Below are positions 27,712 to 40,196 of a stretch of 64,000 bases of DNA, one piece after another. The position numbers were made by a program, and so were the translations under genes. This DNA is from Pocillopora damicornis (Eukaryota). The DNA lies in NCBI RefSeq assembly GCF_003704095.1, contig NW_020846086.1, forward strand, positions 124,001 through 188,000. The letters are read 5' to 3'. The notes beneath the pieces were generated by a model, which ran no database searches, was not told where the DNA came from, and was given only the letters and a program-made list of their open reading frames with translations. Each line of letters opens with the position of its first letter. The first letter of the stretch is position 1.

Positions 27712-29719
27712 TGCATGTAGAAATAGTTTTGTTACTAATTCAGGGAACATTTGTATGTCGAATTCAATGAACAGAACCGACATATCCAGTTTGATCTGAG
27801 GCGAACAGGCCTGTTTGTGCAATAAAACAACATCGGTCGTTATCACTTCCCGATGAGTTTTGCCGTCATTAACTGTCACTGTCATTGTTATAGTTTGTCT
27901 GATTGGCTGGAAATAGTTAACAAAGTGCCTCAGAAGGTTAACAAAATAGCAGAGACAGTGATTGATGAAAAATGACACCTGAGAGTACCATAGAAGATAA
28001 TTTTATATGCGCGAGGTTATTTTATATTTTCCAACGTGAGATAGACGCATTTTCGTAAGGGAATGTTTAATAACTCGAGGGAATGGTGTGGAAAACGTAA
28101 TGCCGTTTGTGGCTTACTTACTTATGACTTGCAGACCATATTAGTAGATATGAAGCTATTTTTCCACAAATAGTTTCCTTTCAGTTAAATAGGAACACAT
28201 AATGCCTTTTGACCTGGCTTTAACAGCATTTTGATCGCTTTCAATGCGTAGTAGTCAATAAACCTGGTATTCAAGCCAAAGTACGGAGTGGAAATTATTT
28301 TTACAGGAAAAAAATTGTTGTTTACTTAGTGATTAGTAATTGTTAATGAAGGGAAATTTAAAGGTTTTCTGAGTATAACCGTTTTGCTTCTAGGAATTTT
28401 AAACACGTAGTTTTCTTCGATAGAATCAATACATTGTTTCATTGCTGAGCAACAGGAGACGAAAATGCACAAACTTATCGGCTGGAACTGCACTTGATAT
28501 GACACCAAATTCTCTTAGCTAATTGAAATGAAATGATTCGCGACTAGCGGGGAGTAANNNNNNNNNNNNNNNNNNNNNNNNNNNNNNNNNNCTCTCTCTC
28601 CAACACAATCTTTTTCATCACAGCTATTGCTTTCTAGAGGTGTCATTTGACGAAATGGCGAGCCACTGCATCCCTCTCAAAAAATAACTAGTTTACCCCG
28701 ACATCCCTCCAATACTTGTTATTCATTTCAGTGGTAATTATTAGCCGTAAGTGCAGCAAGAATGGCGGTAAAAAGAGCCTGATTAGCATATTGCATCATC
28801 CAAGTTGATGACGGTTGGAGTCCATTGAGCATATCTGTATTTGTGTGCCATTTCGAATTGTCTGAATATTAACTAAGCGATCGGTTTTCAAAGTCCCGAA
28901 ATTTTTAACCCCCTAAGTTCAATAATTTTCACTTCTGTTAAGCGGTTGTGGTCATGTTTGACCGAGCCCCAACGGCCTGTTTGTATTGTCTTCCACCTGT
29001 ATTGAACGGTCACTTACAGTGGAATCACACAAATAAAACTAAGAATAATCTTTCGAGTAAAAAAGATCCCATGTTTGTCTCCGAAAATCAATTTCAGANN
29101 NNNNNNNNNNNNNNNNNNNNNNNNNNNNNNNNNNNNNNNNNNNNNNNNNNNNNNNNNNNNNNNNNNNNNNNNNNNNNNNNNNNNNNNNNNNNNNNNNNNN
29201 NNNNNNNNNNNNNNNNNNNNNNNNNNNNNNNNNNNNNNNNNNNNNNNNNNNNNNNNNNNNNNNNNNNNNNNNNNNNNNNNNNNNNNNNNNNNNNNNNNNN
29301 NNNNNNNNNNNNNNNNNNNNNNNNNNNNNNNNNNNNNNNNNNNNNNNNNNNNNNNNNNNNNNNNNNNNNNNNNNNNNNNNNNNNNNNNNNNNNNNNNNNN
29401 NNNNNNNNNNNNNNNNNNNNNNNNNNNNNNNNNNNNNNNNNNNNNNNNNNNNNNNNNNNNNNNAGACATGATCATCTTTACTTATATACATTCTGTTTTA
29501 AAATCTTAGCATATTAACAAACTGATCCTATTTCTCCGTTCCTTCATGGCTTATGGCTTATACTTTATTCTTTCTATAGAAGTTTTATTTTAAGGAGCAG
29601 TTATCTTTTTCTTCACATATTTTAGTTACAAATTTCACCAACTACATGATCATATTACTTTAATGGAATCGTTCACTTGTTAACTATTCTTTACAACTAG
29701 CACTTTTGGGTTAACTGGG

Positions 29720-31760
29720 CTAGAGAACTCTTTGGCAAGCAGTTCCCATGGTTCGGTTACAAGAGATATCGTTCCAACGCTGTTCGCTAGATGGCGAGGA
29801 AAGACCGTACATGTGACCACATGGCTCAGAAGCATTTCCATTCGGCTCACCTGGAGCCCAATTCTTGTAAACTGGAACTGAATGGTCATACCAGTAGAAA
29901 TCATTCGCTGTTGAGTTCCACTTCAGCCCAATCCGAATATAGTTCACAGACGGAGCTTGCCTTGTTGCGAGGTCCCAGACGAACTTGTTCTCTTCGGCGC
30001 TGTTAATCTTCACCAGTTCCCCTTTAAGGCCGCGGCAGAACGTTTGAGCTTGGAGCCAAGTCATAGCAAAGTCATTGAATAAGTAACAGTTATTTTTGAA
30101 CAAATTCCATCCTGTTGGACAGACTAAAAACGATTTGAACATTTAGTAAAAATCAACAAGTTGGTAGGGAACGTCTTTTATACGTGAAAACCTGTAAATG
30201 TCTTAACATTTATGAAAAATAAATAGTTCCCTGTCTCCCCGAAGGCCAAAGAACCAATTCGTGACCGGCAGGAGGCTCNNNNNNNNNNNNNNNNNNNNNN
30301 NNNNNNNNNNNNNNNNNNNNNNNNNNNNNNNNNNNNNNNNNNNNNNNNNNNNNNNNNNNNNNNNNNNNNNNNNNNNNNAAAAAATTCATAAGGCTAAATT
30401 TGAGATAGAGGAAGTAAACAAAAAATTACAAATAGCGAGGAAACTTCCTCAGTAACCCCTATTTTTTCGGCTTTTAAATGATCGGGAGGACAAATTTCAC
30501 AAATTGTGGAAATTTTGAGAGATTTCACCGTAGCAAATTGAAGAAAATCAAAGGCAAAGCCAAACAGTATCGTTGATGAGCGTCGCCTAAAACAAACGAT
30601 GGTGCGAACCTGGCTCATCGCCTTTTTTATGGCTTTAAATGACCTTGAAAAGCAAAAACAAAACATATTCTAGAAAAAACATTACGCTGGCGCGCGCGCT
30701 AACATTGAGCAAAAACCTTTTTTTCTTGATTGAATAGCATTTTGAGTTGCGCCCACAGCTAGCAGGTTCCTCAAACGGAAATAAAAAAACTCCCTTTTTA
30801 AATAAAATAATTGAAATGAAAAGAGACCAAACTTAGGATAAATTGATAACTGTACTCACATTTTTCACAATGTTTCCCCTTGTAGCCTGAATGACATTGA
30901 CCTCTCTTTGTTTTTCCGCTGCGCCGGAGGGAGACATCAATGCACGAGATCTAGAGTCATAAATGAACGAGTCAAAAAACTGTTTCATAGGTAGACTATG
31001 CAATGATGTTTCGATAAGCTTTATCACGTATTTTTTCTTTACCGAAAATTCATCTCAGGCCCCTTGCAGTCTTTTCGATGCGATGCGCTCTTATCACTTT
31101 CTATTTGTTTCTGTTGATCTTTCAGTCACCTCAAAACTTCAAGAATTCGGTTTTCTTAATATCGTGGAATTCTTAAGTTCACATGCACTTTGCGTTTGGC
31201 GTTAGTTGAAGTAAGGGGTCAGCACTGGACTAACATAATTCCTATGGGCACTCCAGATCTAAGTTACTGACTCTAACAAGCTTTTGTTGTACTGACTTGA
31301 GGCCGAAATGTAAACAGGCAAACCAACCTGTAAGGAACCATAGTATATAGATCCTTTTTCCTGTTTGAAATCATTTGGTTTCAGCTGCCGTGAACTGTAG
31401 TTCATCTCACAGACGCGGTTTTTCGTTTTGTTTCCAGGTCGGATATTGAATGACTTGCAGTTCTTGTTATCACTTCCGAGGCATTGCAGGTGGCATTCAA
31501 AGTCGTGAGAAACATTAACGGTACGCAAGACATGTCCAGTTAAAACACGATCTAAAATGCAACGAGAAAGAACCGTCATTATTGAAAAATAATAGAAGAG
31601 AAACAAAATTGGAAATGATGTGTTTTAAATCATACTTACCAGCTTGAGTTTCAAATATGCTTCCGCAAAATTCTTTGTTTGCCTTCGAATATGCATTTAC
31701 CAGAAAACTTTGGAGAATCACAATGATGCCGTGGAACTTCTTTGGGGACAAAACAGCCAT
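29720..31760 (-). CDS. Secreted PAN/apple + reduced EGF-like + C-type lectin protein
   Basis: Exons 31760-31640 (signal-like), 31551-31328 (PAN: ECHLQC..CKSFN..CEMN), 30950-30860 (ISCIDV..GQCHSGYKGKHCEK) and 30123-29720 (CTLD: CPTGW..CY..WLQAQTFC..IGL..WAPGEPN..C..WNDISC). Splice phases 1, 0, 1 are compatible. Confidence 0.88.
30467..30714. repeat. Dispersed repeat, copy 2 (lectin gene intron)
   Basis: Same orientation and shared blocks as 23300-23592. Confidence 0.75.
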
Positions 31761-34095
31761 AAGAAAATATCCACTTGTTTCTCTTTCGAATTTCAGACGA
31801 ATTTCCAGAACTTGTCGTAGATGCCCTGACGGCTATGACGTCTCATTTTTTATTCATGCGAATTTTAAACGGTCGGGGGTGATTCTCAAAAGGGAAAGGT
31901 TATTTAATGGGTTTTTCCGTGTTTACATAGCTTTTTTTAATTTCGAGTGGTTTTGGGGAATACATCACAGGTTACTGAATTCAAGTCGCATTTGATGGTT
32001 TGTACAACTTTTGAGATTTTCCCAACTTCCAGAGTGCTTAGCCGAGGCCATGTATTAAACTCGCAAAAAGTCCTGTGTTGCAAACTTCAGATATTTCTTA
32101 AAAATAAGCGCAAATCTAAAACGTTTTGAGTTTACGCACTCCAGTGTAAATTAATACATTTCTCGACTGATGAAAATGCCCACGCTTTCTTAAATAATTT
32201 ATCCAATTTAGCACACATAATTCCTCAGACTAACCTGTTGTATACATAAGAGGCGTAATTAAAAATTGAAATGATGTGCTTTATAGGAAACGTAAATGAC
32301 ATCAGCTGCAGGATAGAATAGCTAATAAACGAATGGCATGGCCAAATTATAGACGGTTTAGTTTTTCTTCATGAAACAGAACACCCTAAACATGAATAGT
32401 TTAGCCAAATGATAAACGGTCTAGTTGCCCATGTCGAGTTAGAACATGAAATTGTGAAATGGACTATGGGTGGTGACGGCCGCCCATAGGGAAATGTATG
32501 GTAAACGGTTAATCCGACGTCTAAAAATCCGATTTTAATAAGAGATTTTCGCTTTTTCGCCGCCCTTTAATCAGAAATGGATTTGGGTAATGCTGATACA
32601 AGGGAAACGGAAGTTTTTGTAATAACTATAAATCGCCAAGGAATAACTCAACTAAGCCATTCCAGTTTTTTGTACGTGTGTTAGGTCTACTTCTAGTGTT
32701 TTTCGTGGCTTGATAATACAAAAGAACGTTAGAAGAGCTACCTTGAGGCAGCAGGAGATTGAAATGGCGTGCTTGGGCATTAAATATTATTGCGGTACAT
32801 TAAAGTGATGATTGCGAACGAATCAGCGTTGATAATCGGCTCAAAACTGAACCCTTTCTTCTGTGACGTTGAGTGATACAAATTGTTCCCTTAAGGAGCG
32901 ACGCACAACCGATGATATGTCTACAGTTTCTGCCGGAGTTCGCTTGATCTTGCCTTTCCTGACAAGATCCTTCCAGGAGTTCGAGAAGAAAAGTTGCAGC
33001 TCAAAGACTTTTGAATTTTTTCAAACAAACTATCACTTGAACGAGGGATTTCCTCATGTTTTTACCGCGTATTTAATCCTTTCAGAGTGCAACAGCTTGG
33101 TAAAAATAATTTCCATCTCCGTTGACAACGGCTTCTCTCCTTAAAGGAGGTATATTTTCAAACGTCGTAATTTGTTTGTTGAATACGTTAACAAGCATGA
33201 AAACAGGCAGTACGTGTATAAATACAACTGAAAAGACTGAAATGAGTTATTTCCTAGTGGTTCCTGGCTAATTTTGTAATATTTCGAGACCATTACGCGA
33301 TGACGATATTACAATGGACCTTACGCAAGGAGAGAAGTTTTTTTTTTGGACCAAAGTGGCAAGGTACTCTGCAGTTACTCCAAACTTTGCCCTGACACGA
33401 CGAGTTCCGTAATCGTGATGTGCTATGCAAAGTCAGAAACGCCTAGAAATGTTAAGTCAGCATCGCCATATAGCTGACGTGTGTAGTGAAGGAAAGTGAA
33501 GGACCAGATTAGTCTCGTACCCAGGTCCCACCGCGTTATTATAACCGACTATGCCCGGAAGGGTGGACGGGAGCCGGCCCAGTGGAAAAAAAAAAAGGAG
33601 CTGTCTGTTTTGTTTAATAAATAGGTGTTGCCTCTCGTTGACAAATTTATTGGATGACAAGAATCGTGATTGACGTTAATTCAATAGATTGATTAAAAAG
33701 CGTGAGATTATTATGTTTTAAGTCAGTTTTTCAGCATAATCGAAGTGAGAAAGAAGTTATTTTGTTATCGTTTTTCTGTCTCTAAATCCGCTTACCTGGA
33801 GAATCTGCTAACCCGTAAAGTGAGACTGTTGTAACGAACCGCCGCAGAAGTAAGTTTATATTGAAGTTTTTTAATTTAGTTACAAGATAAAGACTTGATT
33901 TGCGTTTGTTCTAATTGCGAATTATAAATGTATTTCTTTTAGATCGAATAATTATTAAAGCTTGGCTTAATATTATACGGTTTGTGGTGGTCATTTGATC
34001 TAACCAGTTCCAAGTAAGGAAACATGTCCGGTCCTACCCCTCCCACGGCTCTGTTATCTTTTCGCGGTCCTTCGATCATGACTTCGAGATTATCC

Positions 34096-37000
34096 TAGCC
34101 TGCAGAGCAGAGCAGGCGTAATTTTGGCCAGCGAGTGCTAAGTAATTTCATAGCGAATATTATGGCCGCCATCTTTGATTTTAATGGCAGCCACNNNNNN
34201 NNNNNNNNNNNNNNNNNNNNNNNNNNNNNNNNNNNNNNNNNNNNNNNNNNNNNNNNNNNNNNNNNNNNNNNNNNNNNNNNNNNNNNNNNNNNNNNNNNNN
34301 NNNNNNNNNNNNNNNNNNNNNNNNNNNNNNNNNNNNNNNNNNNNNNNNNNNNNNNNNNNNNNNNNNNNNNNNNNNNNNNNNNNNNNNNNNNNNNNNNNNN
34401 NNNNNNNNNNNNNNNNNNNNNNNNNNNNNNNNNNNNNNNNNNNNNNNNNNNNNNNNNNNNNNNNNNNNNNNNNNNNNNNNNNNNNNNNNNNNNNNNNNNN
34501 NNNNNNNNNNNNNNNNNNNNNNNNNNNNNNNNNNNNNNNNNNNNNNNNNNNNNNNNNNNNNNNNNNNNNNNNNNNNNNNNNNNNNNNNNNNNNNNNNNNN
34601 NNNNNNNNNNNNNNNNNNNNNNNNNNNNNNNNNNNNNNNNNNNNNNNNNNNNNNNNNNNNNNNNNNNNNNNNNNNNNNNNNNNNNNNNNNNNNNNNNNNN
34701 NNNNNNNNNNNNNNNNNNNNNNNNNNNNNNNNNNNNNNNNNNNNNNNNNNNNNNNNNNNNNNNNNNNNNNNNNNNNNNNNNNNNNNNNNNNNNNNNNNNN
34801 NNNNNNNNNNNNNNNNNNNNNNNNNNNNNNNNNNNNNNNNNNGAGCCACGAACTACGGTGAATGATTTTCATTCCCATTCTGAATTTTCGGCGGTTGCAA
34901 CTTACGCGATCGCTAATAACACTACTTTAAGAGGATTTTAATCATAAACCGACAATACTCCCACCGAACAGAAGCCGAAAAAAAAAACTTCTCGAAAATA
35001 AAGACAAAGTAGTCGATATGGTTGCATGGTCAGTATTATCAGGCCTTTTTCTTGCTTAACTATTTGGAGCGGCGATTAACGCAAGGGAGGTAGTACGCGC
35101 ACTCAAAAGCGAAAAAATAAAACTGCGGACTAGATTCCCTCTAAAGGTTCGTACCTAAGAAAATAAATGCACAGGCAAGTTAATTTTTTCGGTCAGCAGA
35201 TCATGAGAACGCGTATCTTCGAGTGTCACACAGTATCGAGAGTTTTACGAGTGAAGTTTTGAGGCTTGTGTTAGAAGTTTTTATCAACGTGAACAAAATT
35301 ATCTGCGTACGGATCACCGTGGAAACACAATAGTTTCAATTATTCAACCTTGCAATTGTGATAACAATGTTTTTGCCAAATTTAAACTACACATTCTAAA
35401 TATGCCTGGTCGATAAGATTTCTGGTAGGACATTTTAACTTTGTATTCTGTTTCAATACTCTATCATGTGAAATCAGTTACATTTAACTAATTTTTATTG
35501 TGTCACCTTTTCATAATTTCAGTATTTGTAAAAGGAAGGAACATCCAATTGAAAGAGGACGTGTTGAGGCTTCAAACTCAACTTAAAAAGTGTCAAAAAA
35601 ATCTGACGTCTACTGAAAAAAAGGAAAAACAAGTCAGACACAAGCTAAGGGGGACAAGATCTGCTTCTTCAAAGCTAAAACAGAAATTACAGGGCAACAT
35701 TTGCTCATGGTCACAATGGACACAACCAAAGGACCTTGATGTTTATGGCTTGTGTCAGATACATGCAACATGCATCTTTGTTATCATATCAAAAGACACC
35801 TGTAGCATTACATCTGATTTTTTGTTCAATTGTAACCCCCAACAAACTTCATTGTCTCTCCAACTACACTTTCTGACTGGAATGTTCTTTTGGGTGAAGC
35901 TGACAAACTAATTTTACGCAAGCGCTTTTCAAATTCCAAGTATGATTTTCATCTCTGGAGTGATGACTCCCACAAAGGAGGAGAGGAGAGGCACGTAGTG
36001 GGTGTTCACACCTGGTGTCCCTTAGAGAGCAAGCCACGAGCTTATGTCTTTGCAAACAGCCTAACAGCAAGCAGGTCTGGAAAACACCAGTCTGATGTAG
36101 ATTACCATGTTGTAAAAAATGAATATGATATTACCAATGTTTCAGGGTTGGTTGGGGACGATGCCTCTACCCAAAAGGGAAAAGTAAATGGTCTTTTAGC
36201 TAACAATGCCAGAATTTTTGGAAAAGAGATGTTTTTTGTAGGATGCTACCCACATGTACTAAACATTATGCTGAGAAGAATGTGCCAGGCTGGGTTTGGG
36301 GCCAAGGGTGACATGAGCAACCCCCATGTCTTACAATTACTCTATAAAATATCTTGGCTCCATCATGAGCGTCCAAGCCAATGCAAAGTTATGTATGTTT
36401 CTCTTGGTATTCTAAGTAAAGAGCCACCCCTTCCCCAGACATTCATAGACACAAGGTGGACATATTATCATGAAACTCTCCAGTGGTATCTTAAGTATGG
36501 AAAAGCTTGTTTACAGCTTGCTGAGTGTCTCCTTGAAAGATTGCCAAAATCAGATTGCCACCAGACTATTTGGCAAGATGTCATTAAGCTGAGCTCCAGT
36601 CTTATGATTCAAGTTGAAATCAAGTCTTTGTTTGAATTCCTCGATAAGTTTATCATCCCATCTCTGAATACATCCCAAGCTAGTGATGCAGAACTTGGAT
36701 TCTCCAGTGGTTACCTAGCAAGGTTATGGCCAGCAACTGTTCTGAAGCACCATGAAACTTTAAGTAAAATGTTGATGTCTCCTGCAGAATATTTTCCTTT
36801 AACATCACAACAGGTGAAGATGTCATTGAAGGACCCAGCAGCTATCAACCACTTTCACAAACAAGTGCAGAGGCCAATGTTACAAGAAGCAATCAAAGTA
36901 ATCAAAGATCATGGAGCAGAGTGGTTAACTTTTCCCAAGTTGTTTGGAATGGGAGCTGATCAGAGATACCAAAGTCCTTTCTGGTATTCAGTTTTAAAGC

Positions 37001-38563
37001 TTCTTGAAATTCCAGTCAGATCTGAGAATCAACAAGAAAAGTCAGTGAACAATCTCTTTCATGTACATGGACAGAACATTCTAACATTGCTGTCTAAGGA
37101 TAGAGTTGGATTGATTAAATGGGCCACTCTTTGGAAATTGGTGGAACCACAATTGCTCAGTGAGATCAAAGAAATTGCTTCATCACCACACAGCTCCCTC
37201 ATAAGTAAAGAAGCCACTCCAAACCTGTTTGAGTTCTATGCCAAGCACATTTTCAGTCTTCCAGTTAGCAATGTTCTTGCTGAAAGACAGTTCATTCTTT
37301 CTCAACTGTATCTTAATAACATGTCAGAGTTGTCAAAACAGGCCTCAATCATACTTATTGAAAATATTCTGCATAGTGGAAAAACCAACACCAGGACCAC
37401 AGAAGCAGCGCGTGAAGTTCACGAAGAAAGAATGAAAGATTAAACCCAAATGCTCACCACAGACGTTTTGCAAGAGGCAAGAAAGAACCTAAACAAGATT
37501 AGANNNNNNNNNNNNNNNNNNNNNNNNNNNNNNNNNNNNNNNNNNNNNNNNNNNNNNNNNNNNNNNNNNNNNNNNNNNNNNNNNNNNNNNNNNNNNNNNN
37601 NNNCAATCCTCTACATTCAAAGTGCCCAAAAGAAATGAGCATTAATTTGACAATCGACACCAGTCAAACATCATCTCCGTAATCCGTAGTAAGTACCAAC
37701 GAGTACCCGAGAAGTGATTGATAAATTGTTCTTGGTTCCTGTTGACGATTAAACCGGAGTTCACTCTCAATCTCGAGTGAGCGATATTGAAATTAGGCTA
37801 ATTGACCCTTTATCACCAACACACCCAAGATAGGGGTCAAGATAACTTAATTTATATTCTTACCTCGTTCATTGTGCGCTTGCTGTACTTTCGAGCTGCT
37901 CTGAGTACATTTCATCAATCGATATATTTCACTCCTCCATGGTATCTTGAGCGCGCGTCAAAAAAATGTGAATAACTTTCAAACGAACAACGATGGACTC
38001 CAAGACTCAGTTTGCCTTGAAAACACGATGCCCACTCCTAAACTTGTCCGTTTTGAAATTCCAAATAATAAACACCACGCGCAATGAACGACAAAACAGT
38101 ACGAAAAATTAGAATTTCTACCACTTAGTCGATGAAAAGGAAAAAAATAAAACGGTAGAATCTTCAAATTCGTCGCAGTCTTCCCGGTTTATGTGTTAAA
38201 CTACCTGAGATTTCGTGTTTTGACAAGATATTCAACGGTAAAGTTTCAAAAGATTTAAGGAGAGAAGTAAACACAGGAGAGGGCCTATTCTGCGCCTGTC
38301 TGAAATTTTCCTTAACTCACGTGCATACGCTGTTCCGTGAGGCCTTTAAGGCTGGGGAGAGAAAAAATCTCTACCAAGAGGGCTGTCGACGGTCAAAAAT
38401 AAGGAGAGGGGTGGGGGTAGGGGAGTGAAGATTACTTTCTCCCCTCCCCCGCCCCCCACCCCCACCGTTCACTCTAACTGCAAATCAGAAATGACCGGTT
38501 GAATAAACGATCGCGAGCTTTTAGCGTTAGCTTGCACTAACAAGATGCCTGCACTGCAGGCTA
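34096..38563. mobile_element. Segment bounded by TAGCCTGCAG...CTGCAGGCTA inverted termini enclosing the transposase remnant
   Basis: Left end tagcctgcagagcag(agcag)gcgt at 34096; right end atgcctgcactgcaggcta ending at 38563. No clean target-site duplication and two N gaps inside. Confidence 0.5.
35498..37503 (+). pseudogene. Decayed hAT-like DDE transposase
   Basis: 517-aa ORF 35890-37443 with acidic motifs WSDDSH and VGDDASTQ, CxxH (CYPHVLN), DTRW and LPVSNVLAERQF (hAT C-terminal PxS..ERxF). The upstream coiled-coil segment (35498-35911) is in another frame. TAA at 37441-37443 is followed by in-frame coding-like sequence running into an N gap. Confidence 0.7.
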
Positions 38564-38999
38564 GACTATCACAGGTAACCCAAATTAATTCACAGTATGC
38601 AAGTGTATGTCAGGAGCCCATTCTCCTGTGCATGTGTATATATACATAAAAACGTAACGACTGATGGATTTTGAATCGGAATTTCAAAAATGTTAAAAGT
38701 TTATTCATATGATAACGACTTGGATTTACTAAAGAGAGAAGTTAACTTCTCTGATTATGTTTTCTGGTAATTTGGGTTACTTTTGTGATCCTATCGTTCC
38801 AAAAACTTATCTTCCCATACAGTGAAAAGGAGAATACATAACCAATGTAAAAGCACTTGATTTGAGAAATTTCCTCAGAAACTTAAAATATCTAATAAAT
38901 CCCATAAATCTCGAGGTTACGTAATACCCTTACTCCAACACAGGTGTCTAAACTTGTGAAACATCAAGCGTCCTCTTGTACATCCTTAGTCCAAAGTAC

Positions 39000-39145
39000 A
39001 TAATCGCCTCACATGTTAATCACTGCCTCATTCATTCTTCGCACGTGAACAGATAAAATTGACCAATCAGAAATGTGGAAATAGCTTTTCATTGAACTAC
39101 GTCACCCCTAGGGATCAAAACAAACGTGGAGTAAATACATAGTAG
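39000..39145 (+). promoter_or_regulatory. Proximal promoter of the intronless gene
   Basis: CACATG 39010-39015, CACGTG 39042-39047, CCAAT 39063-39067 and CRE-like TACGTCA 39098-39104, all within about 220 bp of the ATG. Confidence 0.5.
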
Positions 39146-39227
39146 TCGCGTGTTCGGACTTTGGTATCCTAGTGAGCGGGTTGAGAATTTGTACGTGAGC
39201 GCTATTTGGAGGGAAAATCAATTTGTA

Positions 39228-40196
39228 ATGGATAATCTGTTGGACGATGTGGTACAGGAGGATACCTACAAGATCCACAACGATTTCTTCAATTTTTTGG
39301 ATTTAACAAACCGACCGAACATACCGCTTATCGAGGAATACTTTAGCCACCCTAAGGCGCGTCGCGTGCGTGAAAGTAAAACTATCTTGAGTCCAAGTTT
39401 GTCTGAATTTAATAAAGGCATCAGGAACGGTCGATATTTATCAAGTGAATATCACAATGAAAGAAGAATACAGAATGCTTTATGGAGAGATTGGTGGCGT
39501 CAAACTCGTGCTCCCTTCCACGCTATTGTGAAAGAAATCCCGAAGGGCGAGGACATCATTGATATACGAGGCAAAGATATTGGCGATTTTCCGACTGAAT
39601 ATACTATTTCAGCGTTAAGACCTCATGAAATTCCTGTGGTAGGAACATACGTTCATAAGGACATAATTCCTGGATTCGCTTATAGAGTTCGCCGAAACGG
39701 AACAAGCGATTACTTGTTCGACGGCAAGGCACTAGTATTACGAACCATCGGAAAAGGTTATGGTAAAAGACTGACCTTTCACAGTGATGCTGTTGAAAAC
39801 GATAATTTCTTCTGGTCGGACAGTAACCCAGATGAAGGCTTTGCCTTCTCAATCCAGGTAATTTTTGAAGGTGATAAATTCGACGTTTTGGATTGCCACC
39901 GCCGAAGAGTGGCAGAAACTCAGTTGATCACCGTTGGTGATAAACAAGAAATCAAGGAAGTTTCGCTTCGAAAACGCGAGATTAACATGTTCATTTCGGT
40001 GAAAATGAAATGTTCTCTCAAATTTGCATCGCTTGACCATGTGCCGGAACATCTCCGTGGTCAAGTGGTCGATCTACTAACCTCTGGACGCGCCTTAAGC
40101 CAGAAAACCTTGTCCGGCTGGAAAGCAAAAACGGTGGAAATTAGAAATGTGCACATTCCTGATTTGGGGTCTTGTTGCTTTCGTTCTTCCGCTTAA
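39228..40196 (+). CDS. Intronless uncharacterised protein (about 322 aa)
   Basis: Uninterrupted ORF of about 1 kb, first ATG at 39228 (MDNLLDD). Globular-looking composition, promoter motifs directly upstream, AT-rich downstream region with AATAAA at 41201. Confidence 0.85.
   Translation: MDNLLDDVVQEDTYKIHNDFFNFLDLTNRPNIPLIEEYFSHPKARRVRESKTILSPSLSEFNKGIRNGRYLSSEYHNERRIQNALWRDWWRQTRAPFHAIVKEIPKGEDIIDIRGKDIGDFPTEYTISALRPHEIPVVGTYVHKDIIPGFAYRVRRNGTSDYLFDGKALVLRTIGKGYGKRLTFHSDAVENDNFFWSDSNPDEGFAFSIQVIFEGDKFDVLDCHRRRVAETQLITVGDKQEIKEVSLRKREINMFISVKMKCSLKFASLDHVPEHLRGQVVDLLTSGRALSQKTLSGWKAKTVEIRNVHIPDLGSCCFRSSA

Noticed and set aside
28948-29517. Long ORFs of 144-189 aa
   Set aside because: Artefacts of translating through N gaps. 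The same applies to 34135-34941, 27342-27566, 30261-30455 and 61337-61573.
39150-39227. GTG-initiated 26-codon extension of the orphan ORF
   Set aside because: Non-ATG start in a eukaryote; the first ATG at 39228 is preferred.
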